From the NCBI GenBank assembly GCA_050250855.1, contig JBFWNW010000003.1, positions 32,001 through 96,000 of the forward strand: a stretch of 64,000 nucleotides of DNA, written 5' to 3'. The position numbers and the translations under genes are program-made. Below, piece by piece: positions 57,079 through 64,000 of the stretch (position 1 is its first letter; each line of letters opens with the position of its first letter). Source of the DNA: Candidatus Babeliales bacterium (GTDB lineage: Bacteria > Babelota > Babeliae > Babelales > JACPOV01). The notes under the pieces were generated by a model. It was not told the origin of the DNA. It did no database searches and saw only the letters and a list, made by a program, of their open reading frames with translations.

Positions 57079-58482
57079 TCATCTGGTATTTTTTTGGTCA
57101 TTATACGTTACTAAAAACTGTTTAATACGGCTTATACTTTCAGTTTTACCAAGAACTTCTAATAATTCAAAAACTCCCGGTCCATTCGTGCTGCCAATTA
57201 ATGCTAAGCGTATTGGTTGTGCACAAGTAACAAATTTTAAACCTTTTTGCTTTACATATGATTTTACAAAATCTGTTACACTCGAAAGAGAAAAATCCTG
57301 ACATGAATCTAATAATGCCATTATTTCTTTTAACGTATGCAAGGCTTCTGGAGTTGCCCATTGTGCAAGCTCTTGTTCTGTTGGCTGAGTGCTTTTATCA
57401 TGCACTGCTTGCAGATCATCAACAAGTTGTCGTAATGTTTTTACCCGTTCTTTATAGAGCCCTATAAATGCTCTAATCTGTTCTTCCGACCATAAACCAA
57501 GCAGATCAAAAAGATTATGCTGAACATCTTGGACTGTGCAATGTAATAATTTTTCATTATTGGTTTCTTTTATATAGTGACTGTTAATCCAATCAAGCTT
57601 AGCCTGATCAAAAATCGCACCACTTTTACCAACATGATCTAAAGAAAAAAGTTCAATCATTTGTTCTCGGGTGAAAATTTCTTGATCACCATGTGACCAG
57701 CCAAGACGTACTAAATAGTTACAAAATGCATCAGACAAATATCCTGCTTTTTTATATTCTAAAACAGAGGTTGCTGCATCACGCTTACTTAATCGTTGAC
57801 CAGAAGACCCGAGAATAAGGGGAATGTGCGCAAATTGTGGCGCAGTAAAGCCAAGAGCTTCATATAAAATACATTGTTTTGGCGTATTAGAAATATGATC
57901 TTCACCGCGAATAACATGCGTAATATGCATTAATGCATCGTCAATAACAACCACAAAATTATATATGGGCATACCGTCTGAACGCGCAATAATAAAATCA
58001 TCAAATTGATCTGAGGGAAAGGTAATAGTGCCACGAACCAAATCATGAAATGAAATGGTTGCACGCTCTAAAGGAAATTTTATACGAATCACATGCGGCT
58101 TCTTTAGATCTTCATCGGTTACCTGACGCGATCTACAAGCACCATCATATTTATAAAACTCATCACCCTCTGATGCAGCACAAAAACAACGATAAGCCTT
58201 TTTTTCATCAAGAAGCTTTTTTATATATTTTTCATATTCAAACATACGTTCTGTCTGAAACACTAACGGTTCATCAGAACGAATACCCGCCCATTCAAGT
58301 GAAGCAAGTTGTGATGCTACAAAATCTTTATGCGATCGCTCTCTATCAGTATCTTCTACACGAATAATAAAAGTACCTTTATTATGTCGTGCAAAAAGTA
58401 CATTAAAAAGAGCAGTACGCAATCCACCTATATGCAAATGTCCTGTAGGAGATGGCGCAAAGCGTACGCGAACAGTATTCAC
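57079..58482 (-). CDS. gltX: Glutamate--tRNA ligase
   Basis: RVRFAPSPTGHLHIGGLRTALFN, VIRGEDHISNT, RLSKRD. Confidence 0.97.
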   Translation of the reverse strand: MNTVRVRFAPSPTGHLHIGGLRTALFNVLFARHNKGTFIIRVEDTDRERSHKDFVASQLASLEWAGIRSDEPLVFQTERMFEYEKYIKKLLDEKKAYRCFCAASEGDEFYKYDGACRSRQVTDEDLKKPHVIRIKFPLERATISFHDLVRGTITFPSDQFDDFIIARSDGMPIYNFVVVIDDALMHITHVIRGEDHISNTPKQCILYEALGFTAPQFAHIPLILGSSGQRLSKRDAATSVLEYKKAGYLSDAFCNYLVRLGWSHGDQEIFTREQMIELFSLDHVGKSGAIFDQAKLDWINSHYIKETNNEKLLHCTVQDVQHNLFDLLGLWSEEQIRAFIGLYKERVKTLRQLVDDLQAVHDKSTQPTEQELAQWATPEALHTLKEIMALLDSCQDFSLSSVTDFVKSYVKQKGLKFVTCAQPIRLALIGSTNGPGVFELLEVLGKTESISRIKQFLVTYNDQKNTR

Positions 58483-58497
58483 TGATAATTTCCTTGC

Positions 58498-59157
58498 TTA
58501 CTTAAGATGTTGTTCTGCCAGTCCAGACCATACTGAACGATCTTCTTTATTATCTTTGCTTCCTTGCTCAATAAGTGGCTGCCAAAGAGATTCTGCTTCC
58601 TTTTTTTGTCCTTTACCAAAATAATAAAGTCCAAGATAATAACGGGCTTGATCCTGGTTTGCACCTTCTTGATCTGCATATTTTTGTAATAATGCTAAGC
58701 CATCTTTTTGCACAGCTTCATTATCATCTGCAAGAAGCATACGTGCATATTTAATACTATAAAGAGGATAGAGAGGAGAGTGTGAAGATAGTTTTTCAAG
58801 CATAGTTTTCATAACAGCATATGCTTCTTCTTTTTTATCTTGCTCTAACAGGGCATCTGCCTGCAATCCCAAAAAGAATGGCGCTATTGATGCTGAGGAA
58901 TATTGGCGATAACCTGTTTTTGCACCAACTTCTACATCTTGCCACAAATCAGCATTTTCATACGCGTGTTTATGTTCTGAAAGCACTTCAGACAATGCCT
59001 GCAATGCATTTTGATTGCGAATTGCTTGTCCTTGATACCAATAGATAAAACCACCAAATCCAATGGCAGCAAATCCTAAAACACCCATAATATAATTTTT
59101 ATACGTAACAATAAAATCTTGAAAATCTAAGAAAAAATCACGATTTTGTATATTCAT
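58498..59157 (-). CDS. Membrane-anchored TPR-like protein (YfgM-like)
   Basis: Single N-terminal TM followed by helical TPR-like repeats. Confidence 0.6.
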   Translation of the reverse strand: MNIQNRDFFLDFQDFIVTYKNYIMGVLGFAAIGFGGFIYWYQGQAIRNQNALQALSEVLSEHKHAYENADLWQDVEVGAKTGYRQYSSASIAPFFLGLQADALLEQDKKEEAYAVMKTMLEKLSSHSPLYPLYSIKYARMLLADDNEAVQKDGLALLQKYADQEGANQDQARYYLGLYYFGKGQKKEAESLWQPLIEQGSKDNKEDRSVWSGLAEQHLK

Positions 59158-59226
59158 GTACATCATCCTTGTTAAAGTTACAGCTCTGTGCAAAAACTAT
59201 CATACCTTACAAAAACTCTCAAGCTT

Positions 59227-60273
59227 CTAAATTGACGCGCTTTTAAGTTCCTGCTCTGAACCTTTCAGCAATAAACCATGTTCTTCAAGTAAGGCAACCA
59301 CGCGCTTATTATACTCTTCATAAAAATTGCTTGAACCTACTGAATGAGCAAAATGAATAGCATCTTCTATAGCTTGTGCATTAGAAGAACCATGTGCAAT
59401 AATTAACGGTTTTTTAAGGCCTAACAATAAAGCACCGCCACGCTGTGTTTTTTTTATATTTTTTTTCAATCTTCTAAAAATAGGAGCACCAAAAAGACCA
59501 ACGCAACGGCCTAGAAATGATTTATTACCTTCATCTTTCAGCCATTGTGTAACAACTTGTACCGTTGCTTCCATAGATTTCAGCATTATATTACCAGAAA
59601 AGCCATCACATACCACAACGTCAGCAGCACCATGCAAAACATCTTGCGGCTCACAATTGCCAATAAAATGTAATGAACTTTTAGTAAGTAATTCATACGT
59701 TTGTTGAACAAGCTTACTTCCTTTTCCTGCTTCTGCTCCATTTGAAAGAAGCCCTATTCTTGGCTGCGCAATATTTTTGGTAAGTTGTACATAAGCAGAA
59801 CCCATTAAAGCAAACTGCTGCAAAAACTCCGGTCTACAATCAGCATTCGCGCCTAAATCGGTACAAAAAACTGAGTCTCGCTGCGTAGGCAAAAAGCCTC
59901 CTATAGCGGGACGCAAAACGTTTGGAAGTTTTCCTATTACGACCATTCCTGCAACAAGACAGGCTCCTGAATTACCCGCAGAAACAACAGCACGAGCTTT
60001 CCCAATAGCAACCCATTCCATGGCCTGTATTAAAGAAGAATCTTTTTTTCGAACCGATTTTACTGGTTCATCATCCATAGTGATAACTTGAGAACAATGA
60101 ATAAAAGAAATTGGCAACGAACGCCAATCTGCGCAAAGAGAATGTAAATGAGACTCTATAAGCGTTTCATCGCCAAAGAGGCATACTTTGATCCCGGTTC
60201 GGGCCGCTAAATAAGCACCTTCAATAATAGCATGGGGGGCATAGTCGCCCCCCATAGCGTCAATAGCTATCAT
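59227..60273 (-). CDS. plsX: Phosphate acyltransferase PlsX
   Basis: IAIDAMGGDYAP, VSAGNSGA, DLGANAD, VVCDGFSGN, AHGSSN. Confidence 0.96.
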   Translation of the reverse strand: MIAIDAMGGDYAPHAIIEGAYLAARTGIKVCLFGDETLIESHLHSLCADWRSLPISFIHCSQVITMDDEPVKSVRKKDSSLIQAMEWVAIGKARAVVSAGNSGACLVAGMVVIGKLPNVLRPAIGGFLPTQRDSVFCTDLGANADCRPEFLQQFALMGSAYVQLTKNIAQPRIGLLSNGAEAGKGSKLVQQTYELLTKSSLHFIGNCEPQDVLHGAADVVVCDGFSGNIMLKSMEATVQVVTQWLKDEGNKSFLGRCVGLFGAPIFRRLKKNIKKTQRGGALLLGLKKPLIIAHGSSNAQAIEDAIHFAHSVGSSNFYEEYNKRVVALLEEHGLLLKGSEQELKSASI

Positions 60274-60288
60274 ATAACCTTTTGAACC

Positions 60289-60546
60289 TTACTCTTGAGT
60301 TTCTTGAGTAGGTTGCTTTGCTGCTTTCACTTTTTTTAATTCTTCGCGTTTTTGGCCACGATCAGCTTTAGTAGCTATAACTTTTGCACCTTTGTAAAAG
60401 CCACATTTTTTACATGCTTGATGAGGTAATAAAGGAAACCCACACTCTTCCTGCGCACAGCGAGCAATAGATGTTTCTTTAATTCCCTTATTTGCAAATC
60501 GTTTATCTCTACGCGATCTGGATCGTTTTCGTTTAGGTACTGGCAT
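60289..60546 (-). CDS. rpmF: 50S ribosomal protein L32
   Basis: MPVPKRKRSRSRRDKR...PHQACKKCGFYKG; SD GGAG. Confidence 0.95.
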   Translation of the reverse strand: MPVPKRKRSRSRRDKRFANKGIKETSIARCAQEECGFPLLPHQACKKCGFYKGAKVIATKADRGQKREELKKVKAAKQPTQETQE

Positions 60547-60661
60547 CGTAAATCTCCGATAAAAAGAAGTATGGCGACAAGCGCCATGTAAATTCGTCAA
60601 ATAGCTTTATCTATAGCAATTTTATTAAAAATTAAGGAAAAAAGCAAAAAAAGATATAAAC

Positions 60662-61774
60662 CTATCCCCGGCAAACCCACAATCCAGCAAAATCCTGGGT
60701 AATAACTCCCTCCAACTGCAGGTTAAAAAGAGATTCCTGCACTTCATGCAGGCTTTTACCCGTCAATTGCACCAGCTCATCAATTGCCTTAGGTTTTTTG
60801 CATGATTGTATCAAAAGCCCTTCAGGTGTTAATGGCTGAGGACTTTCGAGCTCAGGACTCACTAATGAAAGCTGCTCGCTGACCTCTTGAACCTCATCCT
60901 GTCCATACTCAACCAAAATATCCTGTGCACTAGTAACCAATTTTGCTCCCTGCTGAATAAGGCGATGGCAACCGTGGCTTAAAGGATTATTCAGTAAACC
61001 TGGCACGGCAAAAACGTCACGCCCCTGATCTAACGCACAATGTGCGGTGATTGATGCGCCACTTTTTTCGGCAGCTTGTACAACCAAGCACCCCCGAGAT
61101 AATCCTGAAATAATACGATTACGAGCAGGGAAATTTCCTGGCAACGGGTCACTCAACAAAGGAAAGGGGCTCACAACAGCCCCACCCTCTGTATATATTG
61201 TCTGAAATAAAGATTTATTCTTTGTTGGATATGGCCTCAAAAGACCTGAACCAAGTACTGCTACCGTGATACCTTTACTTGAAAGTGCTGCTTCATGAGC
61301 CATAGTATCTGCTCCAAGAGCACCGCCACTTACAATAGTCCACCCATGAGCAACTAAAGAAGGAACAATTGCTTTTATAGCTTCATGCGCATAATCATCA
61401 GCAGCACGAGATCCTACTACAGCAAACGCCTGTTCTAAACATGATAAAGTTCCTTGTGCATATAGGACAGCCGGTGGCATATGAATATGGCGCAATAATG
61501 CCGGATATGATTCATCAAACAACGTTACAATCTGTATACTATGTTTTTCAAGCAAAGCGCATTCACGCTCAAGAATAGCTTTATCCGCTAATCCTTGCAC
61601 CAAGCGCTGGGCCTGAGACATAGTAAAGCCTGCTTTCAAAAAATCATCATGCAAAAACGTATAGAGCTGCGCAAGATCCTGATTTCCAAAAAGCTCATAC
61701 AGCTTGTTTGTTAGTGTAGAGCTTAAACCGGCTATTAATGAAACGTGAAGTAGTACTAAGCGATTATCATTCAT
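60662..61774 (-). CDS. dprA: DNA-processing protein DprA
   Basis: AVVGSR, IVSGGALGADTMAH, FPARNRIISGLS, SGASITA, GRDVFAVPG. Confidence 0.95.
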   Translation of the reverse strand: MNDNRLVLLHVSLIAGLSSTLTNKLYELFGNQDLAQLYTFLHDDFLKAGFTMSQAQRLVQGLADKAILERECALLEKHSIQIVTLFDESYPALLRHIHMPPAVLYAQGTLSCLEQAFAVVGSRAADDYAHEAIKAIVPSLVAHGWTIVSGGALGADTMAHEAALSSKGITVAVLGSGLLRPYPTKNKSLFQTIYTEGGAVVSPFPLLSDPLPGNFPARNRIISGLSRGCLVVQAAEKSGASITAHCALDQGRDVFAVPGLLNNPLSHGCHRLIQQGAKLVTSAQDILVEYGQDEVQEVSEQLSLVSPELESPQPLTPEGLLIQSCKKPKAIDELVQLTGKSLHEVQESLFNLQLEGVITQDFAGLWVCRG

Positions 61775-61777
61775 ACG

Positions 61778-64000
61778 TTAAAACATCAACATTTCATCAT
61801 CGTAAGCATCAGGCTGAGGATCTTTATATTCAGTATCTTGATCGCCATAAGGAATATCAAAAATACTCATTGCCTCATCATCATGCATATCATCAGCTTT
61901 TACTGCCGCTTTAATGGGCTTATCAGCTCCACCAGAGCCACCTTCATCGCCGCCACCATTGTTACCATTGTTTTCTTCGACAAATGCAGCTACCGTTGCT
62001 AAGCGTTGATCATCATCTAAGCGTATAAGGCGAACGCCTTTTGCTTGACGACCCATGGTACGAATTTCTTGCGGAGAAAGGCGAATCATTTTTCCAGCAG
62101 TATCAATGAGCAATACATTTGAATCATCAGAAACTGCTGCAAGACCGATAACAAAACCATTACGCTCATCAACTGGAATAGTACGTACACCATAGCCGCC
62201 ACGATGCGCTACGCGGAAATCTTCTGCTTTCACACGTTTTCCGTAACCACGCTCAGTAGCAAAAAGAATATCTTCTTCACCGGTAACAACTTCCATACCA
62301 ACGACAGAATCTTTTGAACGCAAACGAATTCCCATGACACCAGAGGCTTGACGGCCCATTTGACGCACTTCAGTTTCTTTAAAGCGGATACCTTGTCCCT
62401 TTGCTGTCGCTATAACAATAGTATCGGAGCCAGAGCTGAGTGCACAGAATACAAGCTCATCACCTTCACGCAATGTAACAGCACGAATACCGGAACTACG
62501 AATTTTTTCAAATAAGGTAGCATCCATGCGCTTGATAATACCATCGCGCGACAACATAACAAGCGATTTGCCCGCTAAATCACGCGCACAGAGTAATTTA
62601 ACAACTTTTTCACCTTCTGTTAATGGCAGCAAATTAACAATTGCACGGCCTTTTGCAGTACGTGAACCTTCTGGCACCTCAAAAACTTGTAAATTATAAA
62701 CGCGTCCCAAATTCGTAAAGAACAGAAGTTCATCATGATTTTTAGCAACAAAAAGATCTTGCATGATATCATCAGATTCATCTAATGACGCCATACCCAT
62801 TTTACCTTTGCCACCACGATGCTGTACGCCATATACCGTAAGTGGCACACGTTTTATGTACCCTTTTTTGGTAAGCGTTACCACAACCTCTTCATCAGGA
62901 ATTAAATCGGCTTCAGTAAGAATATCAATCGCACCTTCAATTTTGGTACGACGAGGATCGGCATAACTTTCTTTTATCTGAACGAGCTCCTTAACAATTT
63001 CTTGTTTCAGTACTTCTTTATCGCTCAGAATCAATTTTAAATAGATTATAGTTTTTTTGATTTCTTCCATTTCAGCACGGATTTTATCTTGCTCCATTGC
63101 CGTTAAACGCTGCAAGCGCATTTCTAGAATTGCTTTACATTGCTCTTGTGAAAGCAAGAATCTCTTATTAAGTTTTGTTGTTGCTTCTTCTGCTGATTTA
63201 GAAGCTTTAATAAGTGAAACTGCTTCATCAATATTATCAAGTGCAATAATAAAACCAGCTAAAAGATGTTCACGCGCATGCGCTTTATTAAGATCATACA
63301 CCGTACGACGATGAACAATTTCTTGGCGATGCATTAAGAATTCACGAATCAGCTCACGCAAAGAAAAAACATTAGGTTTATTATCAAGCAAGCCAAGCAT
63401 TAAAATAGAAATACTTGTTTGCAATGGCGTATATTTATACAGCTGATTTAAGGTAACACTTGGCATTTCTCCGCGTTTTAATTCAATAACAACGCGCATA
63501 CCCTTTTTATCTGATTCATCACGGATATTCGAAATGCTTTCAATAACTTTATTTTTTACAAGATCAGCAATTTTTACAATTAAATCTGCCTTGTTGACTT
63601 GATATGGTAATTCGGTAATAACAAGCGCATCACCTTTTTTTGATTCTTCGATATCAACAACACCGCGAACAATAACGTTACCGCGGCCAGTTCTATATGC
63701 TTTTACCACGCCAGCACGGCCACAAATTATACCGCCGGTAGGAAAATCTGGCGCAGGAATCAAAGCAAAAAGTTCATCTTCCGTCATCGCTTCATTTTGC
63801 AAGAAAGCAAGACACGCATTAATAACTTCACCAAGATTGTGAGGCGGCACCGATGTTGCCATACCAACAGCAATACCAGAAGCGCCATTAATTAAAAGAT
63901 TCGGTAATCTACTTGGTAAAATTACTGGCTCAACAGTTGATTCATCAAAATTTGGTACAAAAGGTACTGTTTCTTTATCAAGGTCTGCAAGGATTTCTTG
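61778..64000 (-). CDS. gyrA: DNA gyrase subunit A (5' part outside window)
   Basis: GIAVGMATSVPPHNL, PAPDFPTGG, GyrA-box QHRGGKG, beta-pinwheel repeats, acidic tail. Confidence 0.97.
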   Translation of the reverse strand, partial: QEILADLDKETVPFVPNFDESTVEPVILPSRLPNLLINGASGIAVGMATSVPPHNLGEVINACLAFLQNEAMTEDELFALIPAPDFPTGGIICGRAGVVKAYRTGRGNVIVRGVVDIEESKKGDALVITELPYQVNKADLIVKIADLVKNKVIESISNIRDESDKKGMRVVIELKRGEMPSVTLNQLYKYTPLQTSISILMLGLLDNKPNVFSLRELIREFLMHRQEIVHRRTVYDLNKAHAREHLLAGFIIALDNIDEAVSLIKASKSAEEATTKLNKRFLLSQEQCKAILEMRLQRLTAMEQDKIRAEMEEIKKTIIYLKLILSDKEVLKQEIVKELVQIKESYADPRRTKIEGAIDILTEADLIPDEEVVVTLTKKGYIKRVPLTVYGVQHRGGKGKMGMASLDESDDIMQDLFVAKNHDELLFFTNLGRVYNLQVFEVPEGSRTAKGRAIVNLLPLTEGEKVVKLLCARDLAGKSLVMLSRDGIIKRMDATLFEKIRSSGIRAVTLREGDELVFCALSSGSDTIVIATAKGQGIRFKETEVRQMGRQASGVMGIRLRSKDSVVGMEVVTGEEDILFATERGYGKRVKAEDFRVAHRGGYGVRTIPVDERNGFVIGLAAVSDDSNVLLIDTAGKMIRLSPQEIRTMGRQAKGVRLIRLDDDQRLATVAAFVEENNGNNGGGDEGGSGGADKPIKAAVKADDMHDDEAMSIFDIPYGDQDTEYKDPQPDAYDDEMLMF

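Noticed and set aside
61778..61980. Gly/Asn/Asp-rich low-complexity GyrA tail
   Set aside because: Acidic C-terminal tails are a known GyrA feature
2688..63314. Many short (60-160 aa) ORFs antisense to or nested in longer genes, e.g. 3994..4422, 13720..14115, 15551..16033, 35886..36212
   Set aside because: Shadow ORFs of well-supported genes, with no motifs or SD support

Overview
AT-rich bacterial chromosome segment. The gene content points to an obligate intracellular bacterium of protists, most like phylum Dependentiae/Babelota (TM6); this lineage call is inference from about 29 ankyrin-repeat genes, many secreted 'MKK...GME' proteins and a reduced housekeeping set. Housekeeping genes: ychF, maf, tRNA-Gln, spoVG, rsmH, murF, ftsK, uppP, acpP, a fabD-like gene, gltX, plsX, rpmF, dprA and the 3' part of gyrA. 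Five accessory elements stand out. (1) A six-gene tandem array at 7.0-11.9 kb encodes secreted ankyrin proteins that all end in an F-box/SOCS-box-like module; it is joined by 128-bp junction repeats and shows signs of module shuffling. (2) A ~27 kb island at 23-50 kb holds 19 mostly signal-less ankyrin genes mixed with SUKH-like, DUF1963/PDCD2-like, RlaP-type nucleotidyltransferase and phosphoesterase genes, resembling a poly-immunity/repair locus. (3) A myo-inositol oxygenase carries a signal peptide. (4) A Cys-containing beta-barrel-like protein lies next to a small Cys-rich secreted protein. (5) Three tandem M48-like peptidases sit behind a promoter with C-tracts and an 8-bp tandem repeat. 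The FabD homolog lacks its catalytic Ser. No CRISPR array, transposase, integrase or rRNA was seen. All family assignments come from motif recognition by eye; no database searches were run.
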